DNA from: Escherichia coli
Lineage (GTDB): Bacteria; Pseudomonadota; Gammaproteobacteria; Enterobacterales; Enterobacteriaceae
DNA: 32,000 bases
Reading direction: 5' to 3' (one strand)
NCBI RefSeq assembly: GCF_022591475.1
Contig: NZ_CP093226.1
The notes under the pieces are model-generated. The model had not been told where the DNA came from and did no database searches. It worked only from the letters and a program-made list of their open reading frames with translations. Shown in pieces: positions 20,885 to 30,550 of this stretch (positions are counted from its first letter, which is position 1; every line of letters begins with the position of its first letter). Both the position numbers and the translations under genes were made by a program.

Positions 20885-21264
20885 ACTTCCCCCTGATACA
20901 ACGTCACACCGGTACTGCAGAAGTCATCAAAGGCCGCCGGAAGCGTGCGGTACATCTCCGCCATCACTTCACAGCCGCGCGCGGTCAGTACCGGCGGCGC
21001 GGTCAGCAGTGACGGCTCCAGCATGTCAGTCAGCAGTGCCAGCGCGGCAGCGGCGCCCTGTGCTTCGCCGTACTCGTTAATCAGTACGCACTCGATATGC
21101 AGCGCAATGGCCATTTCAATACGCTCCACCGTCAGGCTGTGCGGACCATACTGATCACTGCCAGTTTCGTTCAGCATTTTCTGCCGCCATGCTGAAGCAA
21201 TAGCCCGCCGGTAAAGCGCGGTGGTCATTTCTGCCGGGAAAATGGAAACCTGCGGCTGGTTCAT
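20881..21264 (-). CDS. P4-like satellite conserved hypothetical protein (upstream of alpha)
   Basis: 127-aa ORF overlapping the alpha start and the next upstream gene; same operon and satellite composition. Confidence 0.7.
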   Translation of the reverse strand: MNQPQVSIFPAEMTTALYRRAIASAWRQKMLNETGSDQYGPHSLTVERIEMAIALHIECVLINEYGEAQGAAAALALLTDMLEPSLLTAPPVLTARGCEVMAEMYRTLPAAFDDFCSTGVTLYQGEV

Positions 21265-21545
21265 CTGGCACCTCCTTCAATCAGTGCGCAGCTGTGTGCA
21301 ATATCCGTCAAATCTGCCAGCAGGTACTCCATCAGCGCGGCGACACCATGCGCACAGCCAGCGTCCAGTGCTCCGGCCTGAGACGGGTATTCAGAAAAGA
21401 GAAGCTGGAGCATGTCGCAGGCATTTCTTGCGCGGGTCAGTTTTCCGAAACTGTCCTCTGACAACCCATAGGCAAAAGCACCGGTATTGTGTTTTTCAGG
21501 CAAAGTGTGGCCCTGAGCACCGTTGTGCCCGTTTGAAATATTCAT
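21261..21545 (-). CDS. Small satellite protein, possibly epsilon-like (derepression)
   Basis: 94 aa (MNISNGHNGAQGHTLPEKHNTGAFAYG...). Size and position fit P4 epsilon and related ORFs; specific function uncertain. Confidence 0.5.
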   Translation of the reverse strand: MNISNGHNGAQGHTLPEKHNTGAFAYGLSEDSFGKLTRARNACDMLQLLFSEYPSQAGALDAGCAHGVAALMEYLLADLTDIAHSCALIEGGAR

Positions 21546-21576
21546 CGTGGATTACTCCGTTTTCAGCGGTATTTTG

Positions 21577-21936
21577 TCAGAGAAACTTTGAATAGTGACC
21601 GTCGTCAGGCTCAGCAGAACGCCGTATGCTACGCTCCCGCCAGCGGATAAATAGCACAGACGGATGCAGTGTCAGCGGGCCGGAACCACTACCGCCAGCA
21701 GGAGCTGGTGCAGGCTTCAAGAGCGGTACATCAAACAGGCGCGTATACCGCTGTTCAAACCATGCCAGAGGGCAGGAAGAAAGCTGGTTGTCGCTGTCAT
21801 GACGTATCAGCACTTCACAGCTGAATTCAGGATTAACCAGCGCCACAGAGGGCGAGGCTTCTATTAATCGGATAATCGTGACCGTCCAGCCACGTTCATG
21901 CTGCCAGCGTTCGCCGGGGTGCGGATAATTACGCAT
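21577..21936 (-). CDS. Small satellite hypothetical protein (likely start MRNYPHPGERW)
   Basis: ORF 21577-21966; an internal Met at 21936 gives a compact protein MRNYPHPGERWQHERGWTVTIIRL..., overlapping the upstream gene only slightly. Confidence 0.5.
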   Translation of the reverse strand: MRNYPHPGERWQHERGWTVTIIRLIEASPSVALVNPEFSCEVLIRHDSDNQLSSCPLAWFEQRYTRLFDVPLLKPAPAPAGGSGSGPLTLHPSVLFIRWRERSIRRSAEPDDGHYSKFL

Positions 21937-22105
21937 GTTCACCTCCGCAGGGAATGCGCCCGGCAAAGCTCAGTACATAGTCCGGGGCAAGTCTGCGCCG
22001 CGCTGACCGCTCGTTATCTGCGGTGATCCTTAACATCACAGGACGGGCATTGCGTTGACTGCGGTTGATCGCCGCAAATAACCAGGTACACTTCTGTTTA
22101 GCCAT
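21929..22105 (-). CDS. Icd-like (host cell division inhibitor-like) small protein
   Basis: MAKQKCTWLFAAINRSQRNARPVMLRITADNERSARRRLAPDYVLSFAGRIPCGGEHA; preceded by GAGGTAACGAAG (RBS-like). The longer 244-aa ORF crosses the leader and the opposite-strand gene. Confidence 0.65.
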   Translation of the reverse strand: MAKQKCTWLFAAINRSQRNARPVMLRITADNERSARRRLAPDYVLSFAGRIPCGGEHA

Positions 22106-22135
22106 CTTCGTTACCTCATTTAGCGGATTGGTCAG

Positions 22136-22171
22136 AAGCCCGGTTAGTGTTGCTGCACTGTCGGGCTTCGC
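22136..22171 (-). ncRNA. Candidate CI-type immunity RNA hairpin in the leader of the alpha operon
   Basis: Minus strand GAAGCCC-GACAGTGCAGCAACACTAACCG-GGGCTTC: 7-bp outer stem with an inner AGTG...CACT stem. Position upstream of the icd-like gene and alpha matches P4 cI. Confidence 0.55.
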
Positions 22172-22292
22172 ACTCACAAGGTGAATCGCACCTTTAATTT
22201 TAAAGCTACCCTTAAGTGAATCGCACTTCAAGCTTTTTATTATCATTTTTTTTGCATATACTGAATCGCACCTAACGCGAGGAGATCCAGTA

Positions 22293-22478
22293 ATGGCAAC
22301 GAGTTCAACTAACAACAAGTCGCAGCAACTTAATGCTCGTTTCCCACATGATGTAGTTGCAGAATTAGAAAGCAACCTTGAAGATGGAGAAACGAAAGCG
22401 CAATTCATTGTTACGGCTGTAAAAGGCGAGATTAAACGCCGACAGCGCAGGAAAAATAAGCCAGAGCAAGGTAGTTGA
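22293..22478 (+). CDS. YlcI/YnfO-type small protein (61 aa)
   Basis: MATSSTNNKSQQLNARFPHDVVAELESNLEDGETKAQFIVTAVKGEIKRRQRRKNK; RHH-like; good RBS GAGGAGATCCAGTAATG. Confidence 0.75.
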   Translation: MATSSTNNKSQQLNARFPHDVVAELESNLEDGETKAQFIVTAVKGEIKRRQRRKNKPEQGS

Positions 22479-22541
22479 ATAGAGAAGCCAACAGACGTTC
22501 TCTCTGTTTCCATGTTAATTTCAGTAAGCGACAATATTTTT

Positions 22542-22573
22542 AAGCCCACAAATTCATTATGTCGGGCTTTTTT
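22542..22573 (+). terminator. Intrinsic terminator downstream of the 61-aa gene
   Basis: AAGCCC...GGGCTT followed by TTTTT between convergent genes. Confidence 0.5.
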
Positions 22574-22574
22574 A

Positions 22575-22802
22575 TTAGTGATTTTCATATCGCTCACCAC
22601 GAGAGGCATATATTTGCTCTTGAATCCAGTGATCCACTTCGCTTTCAACAAATGAAATTGCACGAGTTCCTATTTTCACCGGACGGGGAAATGTATTGTT
22701 TGCAAGCTGTTTGTAAAGCCATGCCTTGCTACGCTGAACGCGTCTTAAGACCTCTTTTGCTGAGATAAGAGTCTGATTATCTGAAAAGCTGTTTGCATAT
22801 TC
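22575..22802 (-). CDS. alpA: AlpA/Vis-like excisionase-type regulator
   Basis: TLISAKEVLRRVQRSKAWLYKQLANNTFPRPVKIGTRAISFVESEVDHWIQEQI is a classic AlpA HTH. Confidence 0.88.
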   Translation of the reverse strand, partial: EYANSFSDNQTLISAKEVLRRVQRSKAWLYKQLANNTFPRPVKIGTRAISFVESEVDHWIQEQIYASRGERYENH

Positions 22803-23182
22803 CATCTTGTTACTCCGTGTTCTACTTAAGTTCACGGTGACTTTAAACACTGGGAAAAAGTGATTCTAGTGATAATGGAATCTATTAAGACAAATATTGA
22901 TTCTATTGAAAAACAATAATCTCCACTGAAAAAAGAAGTAATATTCATATGAAAGAACACGGAGAGAAGGAAATGCACAAAAAAAAACAAAATCAATAGA
23001 ATTCATATGGATAGGATGGAAAATCAAAAAATCATATGTCAAAAGGTATTATTGCATTTTAACGATTCATATTACCTAGGAATTAGCACAGTATTACACC
23101 ATATTACATCGTATTACCCCCTATAGCCCGTTAGAGCCTCTTGTGGCCCTTCTATTGAGAGATAGCCAGAAAATTAATAAAT

Positions 23183-23821
23183 TTACTCTCCGTATTTTAT
23201 AATGTCTTTCCCAAGCTTTATTTTCTTATAAAACGTAGCTTTTTTAACCCCTTTCATTAGAATCTCATTCTCATTACAAAAAGAAACAATATCATTATAT
23301 ATAACACTATTATCGCTATAACTTACCTTTCCATGTCTCTTAAGCAATTCAATTAGTAAATAAATTAATTTACAACTATAATTATCCTCATCATCTTTTC
23401 TGTACTGCCCTCTACCATTACTCCTTAATTTTTTACCAACTTCATATAATTCACTTCCTCCTAACGTCATTAGAATATCACTCCAATCTTTATTTTTTAC
23501 CTGTTGTCGTAATGCGTTCTCAATTCTCTCCTTAATCTCCACAGGTACAATACCTTCCCTCTGAAAGATATAAGCGGCAGTTAATAATAAGTTCGCCTCC
23601 ACTTTTTGCGTGGCGGATACGTTTTTATATTCATTAATTAATTGTAGATTTCTGGTTATTGCCTTTCTTAATCTAATAACCTCTTTTAATTGAACCTCAG
23701 TCAATTCATCATTTTCGGTATCATAGTCAAAACCATTCATAGCAAGCGCCACTTCGTGTGGCGTTATGTAAGTTAACCTATTAAAATAAAACAAATTATT
23801 ATCAAATTGAGTATTATTCAT
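23183..23821 (-). CDS. Hypothetical protein, 212 aa, AT-rich, unknown function
   Basis: Complete ORF MNNTQFDNNLFYFNRLTYITPHEVALAMNG...; clear composition shift from the surrounding P4-like core; no family recognised. Confidence 0.6.
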   Translation of the reverse strand: MNNTQFDNNLFYFNRLTYITPHEVALAMNGFDYDTENDELTEVQLKEVIRLRKAITRNLQLINEYKNVSATQKVEANLLLTAAYIFQREGIVPVEIKERIENALRQQVKNKDWSDILMTLGGSELYEVGKKLRSNGRGQYRKDDEDNYSCKLIYLLIELLKRHGKVSYSDNSVIYNDIVSFCNENEILMKGVKKATFYKKIKLGKDIIKYGE

Positions 23822-23850
23822 TTAAATCTCTCCGCAGCCCCCAATGGTAA

Positions 23851-25113
23851 TTATTTTCCATGCATACGCGCAAAATCATATGGTGTGACAGATCCATTCT
23901 TATTAGCATCAATATAATCAGCCCACCACTGCAGCATTAATCTTCTTTCTTCAAGATATTCGGAAGTATGCATATATGAACCTTTCACATTTTTTCGTTC
24001 AACGTGGCTTAACTGTCTTTCAATGGCATCATCATTCCATAGTTTCGACTCACTTAGCGCACCACGCGCCATAGTTCTAAACCCATGACCACATACTTCA
24101 GTTTTCGTATCATATCCCATTACACGTAAGGCGTTATTTACTGTATTTTCACTCATTACTTTTTTAGGATCATGATCGCTGGGAAATATAACCTCACCTT
24201 TACCACTCAAGGCATGTAAACGTTTAAAAATATCAAATGCTTGTTTGCTAAGCGGAACAATATGTTCAGTTTTCATCTTCATCCCACGCTCAGAGTGTTT
24301 TACGCCGGGAATAGGCTTACGAATTCCGGGTATTGTCCACTCGCTTCGTTCAAAGTTAACCTCACTCCAGCGAGCAAAACGCATCTCACTTGAACGTATA
24401 AATGTGAGTAGCGTTAATTCAACGGCAAGCCGTGTCATTAGTCGCCCTTTATAGCGTGATAGTCTTTCAAGAAGCTCAGGGATTCTTTTTGGGGGTAGTG
24501 CTGGGTGGTGGGTTGCTTTAACGCTTAAAAGCGCTCCAGCCATATCGCATGCAGGATTTGATTCAAGGAGGTCATTCTGCACACCAAAACGCATAATTGC
24601 GGTTACGCGCTGCATCAGTCGCTGCGCGACATCATGTTTACCCGCCGTATCGACAGCTTTGATTGGATTGAGAAGCTGGCTGGTTCTCAACGTTCTGGCA
24701 TCGATTTGACCTATCGAGGGGAAAATATACTGCTCAAGTGTCAGCAGAACACGACGGCTATGATCTTCGCTCCAAGTAAGGTTACTTGCGTGCCATTGCC
24801 TTGCGATAGTTTCAAATAAATATGCCCCCTCAATTTCAGCTTGTGCCCCCTTTTGCTCAGCTTTGGGGTCAATACCCTGAGACAACAATTTCTTTGCTGC
24901 ATCGCGCTTACCCCGCGCTTCAGCCAAAGTGACCGTCGGGTATACACCAAAAGCGAGTCGATCTTCCTTTTTGTCAGAGGGGCGGCGATATTTCATGCGC
25001 CAGTACTTAGAACCTTTAGGGGAGACCTCAAGATACAAACCGCCTCCATCAGCCATTTTATAAGCTTTCTCTTTCGGCTTTGCGGTCTCTATCTGGCGAG
25101 CGTTGAGTTTCAT
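23851..25113 (-). CDS. int: P4-type tyrosine recombinase/integrase
   Basis: MKLNARQIETAKPKEKAYKMADGGGLYLEVSPKGSKYWRMKYR...; catalytic regions FIRSSEMRFARWSE, CGHGFRTMA, KGSYMHTSEYLEERRLMLQWWADY; adjacent to leuX. Confidence 0.95.
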   Translation of the reverse strand: MKLNARQIETAKPKEKAYKMADGGGLYLEVSPKGSKYWRMKYRRPSDKKEDRLAFGVYPTVTLAEARGKRDAAKKLLSQGIDPKAEQKGAQAEIEGAYLFETIARQWHASNLTWSEDHSRRVLLTLEQYIFPSIGQIDARTLRTSQLLNPIKAVDTAGKHDVAQRLMQRVTAIMRFGVQNDLLESNPACDMAGALLSVKATHHPALPPKRIPELLERLSRYKGRLMTRLAVELTLLTFIRSSEMRFARWSEVNFERSEWTIPGIRKPIPGVKHSERGMKMKTEHIVPLSKQAFDIFKRLHALSGKGEVIFPSDHDPKKVMSENTVNNALRVMGYDTKTEVCGHGFRTMARGALSESKLWNDDAIERQLSHVERKNVKGSYMHTSEYLEERRLMLQWWADYIDANKNGSVTPYDFARMHGK

Positions 25114-25277
25114 TTTGGGGGCACAAATCCTCATCGAATTGACATGCCCCCGATTATGCCCCCAAAAGAAGGTAGACTACAAGAGACCAACAAAGACCAT
25201 TAGATACCATACTTTGCTTGTTTTTTAAGGATTTTTTTGTATTTAGAGACTTCAGGAAACGTCAAAAGAAGTGTTAA

Positions 25278-25362
25278 TGGTGCCGAAGGCCGGACTCGAA
25301 CCGGCACGTATTTCTACGGTTGATTTTGAATCAACTGCGTCTACCGATTTCGCCACTTCGGC
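25278..25362 (-). tRNA. leuX: tRNA-Leu (anticodon CAA), satellite integration site
   Basis: Minus strand GCCGAAGTGGCGAAATCGGTAGACGCAGTTGATTCAAAATCAACCGTAGAAATACGTGCCGGTTCGAGTCCGGCCTTCGGCACCA, 85 nt, class II leucine tRNA. Confidence 0.97.
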
Positions 25363-25557
25363 ACTGAAGAGGTATGCGGAAAACGTTGTGGATTATACCT
25401 GTCGCACGCCACCATGCAAGCGCCAGCTTGCACCCACCTCGCTAAGTGCTGAAATTTTCAGCATTACACTCAGCGATATGTAACCTTTGTCACACTCCAG
25501 GCACCCCGCCCTGCCATGCTCTACACTTCCCAAACAACACCAGAGAAGGACCCAAAA

Positions 25558-26577
25558 ATGTCGATGATAAAAAGCTATGCCGCAAAAGAAGCGGGCGGCG
25601 AACTGGAAGTTTATGAGTACGATCCCGGTGAGCTGAAGCCACAAGATGTTGAAGTGCAGGTGGATTACTGCGGGATTTGTCATTCCGATCTGTCGATGAT
25701 CGATAACGAATGGGGATTTTCACAATATCCGCTGGTTGCCGGGCATGAGGTGATTGGGCGCGTGGTGGCACTCGGGAGCGCCGCGCAGGATAAAGGTTTG
25801 CAGGTCGGTCAGCGTGTCGGGATTGGCTGGACGGCGCGTAGCTGTGGTCACTGCGACGCCTGTATTAGCGGTAATCAGATCAACTGCGAGCAAGGTGCGG
25901 TGCCGACGATTATGAATCGCGGTGGCTTTGCCGAGAAGTTGCGTGCGGACTGGCAATGGGTGATTCCACTGCCAGAAAATATTGATATCGAGTCCGCCGG
26001 GCCGCTGTTGTGCGGCGGTATCACGGTCTTTAAACCACTGTTGATGCACCATATCACTGCTACCAGCCGCGTTGGGGTAATTGGTATTGGCGGGCTGGGG
26101 CATATCGCTATAAAACTTCTGCACGCAATGGGATGCGAGGTGACGGCCTTTAGTTCTAATCCGGCGAAAGAGCAGGAAGTACTGGCGATGGGTGCCGATA
26201 AAGTGGTGAATAGCCGCGATCCGCAGGCACTGAAAGCCCTGTCGGGGCAGTTTGATCTCATTATCAATACTGTGAACGTCAGCCTCGACTGGCAGCCTTA
26301 TTTTGAGGCGCTGACCTATGGCGGTAATTTCCATACGGTCGGTGCGGTTCTCACGCCGCTGTCTGTTCCGGCCTTTACGTTAATTGCGGGCGACCGCAGC
26401 ATCTCTGGTTCTGCTACCGGCACGCCTTATGAGCTGCGAAAGCTGATGCGCTTTGCCGCCCGCAGCAAGGTTGCGCCGACAACCGAACTGTTCCCGATGT
26501 CGAAAATTAACGACGCCATTCAGCATGTACGCGATGGTAAAGCTCGCTACCGAGTAGTCCTGAAAGCCGACTTCTGA
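25558..26577 (+). CDS. ahr: NADPH-dependent zinc alcohol dehydrogenase-type aldehyde reductase
   Basis: [53 protein letters not shown]; zinc ADH motif GHEVIGRV; equals yjgB, next to leuX. Confidence 0.93.
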   Translation: MSMIKSYAAKEAGGELEVYEYDPGELKPQDVEVQVDYCGICHSDLSMIDNEWGFSQYPLVAGHEVIGRVVALGSAAQDKGLQVGQRVGIGWTARSCGHCDACISGNQINCEQGAVPTIMNRGGFAEKLRADWQWVIPLPENIDIESAGPLLCGGITVFKPLLMHHITATSRVGVIGIGGLGHIAIKLLHAMGCEVTAFSSNPAKEQEVLAMGADKVVNSRDPQALKALSGQFDLIINTVNVSLDWQPYFEALTYGGNFHTVGAVLTPLSVPAFTLIAGDRSISGSATGTPYELRKLMRFAARSKVAPTTELFPMSKINDAIQHVRDGKARYRVVLKADF

Positions 26578-26704
26578 TCCCTTTGCCGGGTGCTGTCGCC
26601 CGGCACTTAAATCTCTTTGGAAGGCGTCTCGCAATCTGCTGAATTTAGCGGTGAAGAGTGCACAGCCGTTGCCTATACTCCAGGCAGGAACTGGAGGAAA
26701 TCTC

Positions 26705-28207
26705 ATGAGCGAACCCCTGTTAATTGCCCGCACGCCGGACACAGAACTGTTTTTACTGCCGGGAATGGCTAACCGTCACGGGCTGATTACTGGCGCAACG
26801 GGGACGGGTAAAACCGTTACGCTGCAAAAACTGGCAGAGTCATTGTCGGAAATCGGCGTGCCGGTGTTTATGGCTGATGTGAAAGGCGATCTGACCGGTA
26901 TCGCGCAGGCAGGAACGGCGTCGGAAAAACTGCTCACAAGGCTTAAAAATATCGGCGTCAATGACTGGCAACCGCATGCCAATCCTGTGGTGGTGTGGGA
27001 TATCTTTGGCGAGAAAGGCCATCCGGTGCGGGCGACGGTTTCGGATCTGGGGCCGCTGTTGCTGGCGCGGCTGTTGAATCTCAACGATGTGCAATCTGGC
27101 GTGCTAAATATCATCTTCCGCATTGCTGACGATCAGGGGCTGTTACTGCTCGACTTTAAAGATTTGCGGGCGATTACCCAGTACATCGGCGATAACGCCA
27201 AATCATTCCAGAATCAGTACGGTAATATTAGTAGCGCATCGGTTGGTGCCATCCAGCGCGGATTACTGACGCTGGAACAGCAAGGGGCAACGCATTTCTT
27301 TGGTGAGCCGATGCTGGATATCAAAGACTGGATGCGTACTGATGCCAACGGTAAAGGCGTTATCAATATCCTCAGCGCCGAGAAACTTTATCAGATGCCG
27401 AAACTGTACGCCGCCAGCCTGCTGTGGATGCTTTCAGAGTTGTATGAACAATTGCCGGAAGCGGGCGATCTGGAGAAACCAAAACTGGTGTTTTTCTTCG
27501 ACGAGGCACATCTGCTGTTTAACGATGCACCGCAGGTACTGCTGGATAAGATTGAGCAAGTGATAAGGCTTATTCGCTCAAAAGGCGTGGGCGTCTGGTT
27601 CGTTTCGCAAAACCCGTCTGATATTCCGGATAATGTGCTCGGGCAGCTCGGTAATCGCGTTCAACACGCTTTGCGGGCTTTTACGCCCAAAGATCAGAAA
27701 GCGGTAAAAGCTGCGGCGCAAACCATGCGGGCCAATCCGGCATTTGATACCGAAAAGGCAATCCAGGAACTGGGGACCGGCGAGGCGTTAATCTCGTTTC
27801 TCGATGCAAAAGGAAGTCCTTCTGTGGTGGAACGGGCGATGGTGATTGCGCCTTGTTCGCGGATGGGACCGGTGACGGAAGATGAGCGTAATGGCTTGAT
27901 TAATCACTCTCCGGTGTATGGCAAGTACGAGGATGACGTGGACCGGGAATCCGCCTATGAGATGTTGCAAAAAGGCGTACAGGCAAGCACCGAGCAGCAA
28001 AATAATCCTGCCGTGAAAGGGAAAGAGGTGGCGGTGGATGACGGCATTCTTGGTGGATTGAAGGATATTTTGTTCGGCACTACCGGACCACGCGGCGGGA
28101 AGAAAGATGGTGTTGTGCAAACAATGGCGAAAAGCGCCGCCCGCCAGGTGACGAATCAGATTGTGCGTGGAATGTTGGGGAGTTTGCTGGGAGGGAGAAG
28201 AAGGTAA
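26705..28207 (+). CDS. yjgR: YjgR, HerA-like P-loop ATPase (DUF853)
   Basis: Walker A GATGTGKT, Walker [11 protein letters not shown]; ATG at 26705 preceded by GGAGGAAA. Confidence 0.93.
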   Translation: MSEPLLIARTPDTELFLLPGMANRHGLITGATGTGKTVTLQKLAESLSEIGVPVFMADVKGDLTGIAQAGTASEKLLTRLKNIGVNDWQPHANPVVVWDIFGEKGHPVRATVSDLGPLLLARLLNLNDVQSGVLNIIFRIADDQGLLLLDFKDLRAITQYIGDNAKSFQNQYGNISSASVGAIQRGLLTLEQQGATHFFGEPMLDIKDWMRTDANGKGVINILSAEKLYQMPKLYAASLLWMLSELYEQLPEAGDLEKPKLVFFFDEAHLLFNDAPQVLLDKIEQVIRLIRSKGVGVWFVSQNPSDIPDNVLGQLGNRVQHALRAFTPKDQKAVKAAAQTMRANPAFDTEKAIQELGTGEALISFLDAKGSPSVVERAMVIAPCSRMGPVTEDERNGLINHSPVYGKYEDDVDRESAYEMLQKGVQASTEQQNNPAVKGKEVAVDDGILGGLKDILFGTTGPRGGKKDGVVQTMAKSAARQVTNQIVRGMLGSLLGGRRR

Positions 28208-28227
28208 GTCAGGTGCGATTTGTCTTT

Positions 28228-28262
28228 GCCTGATGCGACGCTGGCGCGTCTTATCATGCCTA
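28228..28262. repeat. REP-type palindromic element after yjgR
   Basis: GCCTGATGCGACGCTGGCGCGTCTTATCATGCCTAC matches the enterobacterial REP consensus. Confidence 0.8.
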
Positions 28263-28367
28263 CACCACTGCAATATATTGGATTTTCATGATTTTTCAGG
28301 CATGAACGAAGCACACTTTGCTAACAATAATAAAGGGAGCTTTCGCTCCCTTTATTCGTTCATCAGG

Positions 28368-29450
28368 TTACGATTTTCTCATTAACAGCCACAGGCTGAT
28401 TAAGAAGAAGCTGGCGCTTGGCAACAGTGCGCCGATGATCGGCGGGATGCCATAAACCAACGTCAGCGGGCCGAAGATCTGGTCCAGTACGTAGAAGACA
28501 AAACCGAAGCTGATACCGGTGACCACACGCACGCCCATCGGTACGCTACGCAGTGGGCCAAAGATGAACGACAGCGCCATCAGCATCATCACCGCCACGG
28601 ATAGCGGCTGGAAGATTTTGCTCCACATATTGAGCTGATAACGTCCGGCATCCTGACCGCTCGACTTCAGATACTTCACGTAGTTGTGCAAACCGCTGAT
28701 TGAGAGTGCATCCGGGTCCAGCGCCACCACGCCCAGTTTGTCTGGCGTGAGGTTGGTTTTCCAGGTGCCGCTCACCGTCTGCGAACCGGTGATCTGTTTC
28801 GGATTGGTCAGATCAGATTCATCAACCTGCGACAGACGCCAGACTTTATGTTCCGGGTCAAACTTCGCGGTAGCGGCATAGCGTACGGATTGCAGACGAC
28901 GATTCTCGTTAAAGGCATAGATACTGATGCCACCTAACTCTTCGTCACCTTTAACCCGCTCAATGTAGACGAAGTTGTTGCCATCTTTCGCCCATAAGCC
29001 TTGCTGGGTAGAGAGCAACGAGCCGCCGTACATCGCCTGCGCACGGTAGTTACGCGCCATCTGCTCGCCCTGCGGCGCGACCCATTCGCCAATCGCCATC
29101 GTCAGCAAGACCAGTGGAATGGCGGTTTTCATCACCGACAGCGCCACCTGCATACGGGTAAAACCAGAAGCCTGCATCACCACCAGTTCGCTGCGCTGCG
29201 CCAGCATCCCAAGACCAAGCAACGCCCCAAGCAGAGCCGCCATCGGGAAGAAGATTTGCACATCTTTCGGCACGCTCAGCAAGGTATACATTCCTGCGCC
29301 TAACGCGTCGTAACTCCCCTGCCCGGCTTTTTTCAGCTGATCGACAAACTTGATAATGCCCGACAGCGACACCAGCATGAACAGCGTCATCATGATGGTG
29401 GTGAAAATAGTTTTACCGATATAGCGGTCAAGTACGCCAAAAGGTTGCAT
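28368..29450 (-). CDS. lptG: LPS export ABC transporter permease LptG
   Basis: MQPFGVLDRYIGKTIFTTIMMTLFMLVSLSGIIKFVDQLKKAGQGSYD...; adjacent to lptF. Confidence 0.95.
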   Translation of the reverse strand: MQPFGVLDRYIGKTIFTTIMMTLFMLVSLSGIIKFVDQLKKAGQGSYDALGAGMYTLLSVPKDVQIFFPMAALLGALLGLGMLAQRSELVVMQASGFTRMQVALSVMKTAIPLVLLTMAIGEWVAPQGEQMARNYRAQAMYGGSLLSTQQGLWAKDGNNFVYIERVKGDEELGGISIYAFNENRRLQSVRYAATAKFDPEHKVWRLSQVDESDLTNPKQITGSQTVSGTWKTNLTPDKLGVVALDPDALSISGLHNYVKYLKSSGQDAGRYQLNMWSKIFQPLSVAVMMLMALSFIFGPLRSVPMGVRVVTGISFGFVFYVLDQIFGPLTLVYGIPPIIGALLPSASFFLISLWLLMRKS

Positions 29451-30550
29451 CACACCGCTCCTTTACGCGAAAAACTGGCGCGCAGGCGGCGGACCGGCAC
29501 GGTGTCCCAAAGGTTGAGAACAATCGCCAAAGCCAGATAAATCAGGTTAACGGTCCACATCCACAGCGTCGGGTCCAGCTTACCTTTACCGCCGTTCGAT
29601 TTCAGGGAGGTCTGGATCAGGAAGAAAAGTAGATACAGCAGCATGGCTGGCAGCATCGACAGTACGCGTCCCTGACGCGGGTTAACCACGCTCAGCGGTA
29701 CGACCATAAGTGCCATCATAAACACGGTGAATACCAACGTGATACGCCAGTTCAGTTCTGCGCGAGCACGATCGGTATCAGTGTTCCACAATGTACGCAT
29801 GTCCATCTGGTCGGTATCGTTCGGGTCGAGCGCCACCGCCTGGTGACCAATGATCGCCTGATAATCCTGGAAGTCCGTAATGCGGAAATCACGTAACAGT
29901 GCAGTGCCTTCGAAGCGCGTTCCCTGGTTGAGAGTGACGACCTGGGAGCCGTCGCGCAGCTGGGTTAAATGTCCGGAATCGGCCACCACCACAGAAGGAC
30001 GAGCATTACCTTTTGGTCGAATTTGCGCGAGGAACACATCTTTGAAATCGCTGCCGTCAACGCTTTCGATGAACAGCACCGAGCTGCCATTAGTCGCTTG
30101 CTGGAATTGCCCTTGCGCCAGCGCCGCCATGCCAGGGTTCGCTTTCGCTTCTGCTAACACTTCATCCTGATGACGCGATGACCACGGTCCCGCCCACATC
30201 ACGTTAACCGCCGCGACGATTGCCGTGAATACCGCAAGGATCATTGCCGCTTTCACCAGAACCGCTTTGCTCAGGCCGCAGGCATGCATTACCGTAATTT
30301 CACTTTCGGTATACAGTTTGCCCAGCGTCATCAGCAGCCCGAGGAACAGGCTTAATGGCAGGATAAGCTGCGCCATTTCCGGCACGCCCAACCCGAGAAG
30401 GGAGAGCACCAGATTCGCCGGAATATCGCCGTCAACCGCTGCGCCGAGGATCCTCACTAACTTTTGACAGAAGAAGATCAAAAGCAAGATGAAGAGTATC
30501 GCCAGCTGGCTTTTGAGCGTCTCCCGCACCAGATATCTTATGATTATCAC
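29450..30550 (-). CDS. lptF: LPS export ABC transporter permease LptF
   Basis: MIIIRYLVRETLKSQLAILFILLLIFFCQKLVRILGAAVDGDIPANLV... Confidence 0.96.
   Translation of the reverse strand: MIIIRYLVRETLKSQLAILFILLLIFFCQKLVRILGAAVDGDIPANLVLSLLGLGVPEMAQLILPLSLFLGLLMTLGKLYTESEITVMHACGLSKAVLVKAAMILAVFTAIVAAVNVMWAGPWSSRHQDEVLAEAKANPGMAALAQGQFQQATNGSSVLFIESVDGSDFKDVFLAQIRPKGNARPSVVVADSGHLTQLRDGSQVVTLNQGTRFEGTALLRDFRITDFQDYQAIIGHQAVALDPNDTDQMDMRTLWNTDTDRARAELNWRITLVFTVFMMALMVVPLSVVNPRQGRVLSMLPAMLLYLLFFLIQTSLKSNGGKGKLDPTLWMWTVNLIYLALAIVLNLWDTVPVRRLRASFSRKGAV

Larger units (their letters stand above)
13437..25294. mobile_element. P4-like phage satellite integrated at leuX, carrying a retron in the cargo position
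   Basis: Near-identical direct repeats ATGGTGCGAAGGCCGGA (13437-13453) and ATGGTGCCGAAGGCCGGA (25277-25294, leuX 3' end), about 11.84 kb apart. They enclose int, alpA-like, icd-like, alpha, sid, psu and delta-like genes. Confidence 0.87.

Noticed and set aside
22106-22663. Upstream part of the 244-aa minus ORF (21929-22663)
   Set aside because: It runs through the leader repeats, the CI-like hairpin and antisense to the well-supported 61-aa gene; the real gene likely starts at the ATG near 22105.
25720-26334. 204-aa minus ORF opposite ahr
   Set aside because: Antisense to a strongly supported conserved gene.
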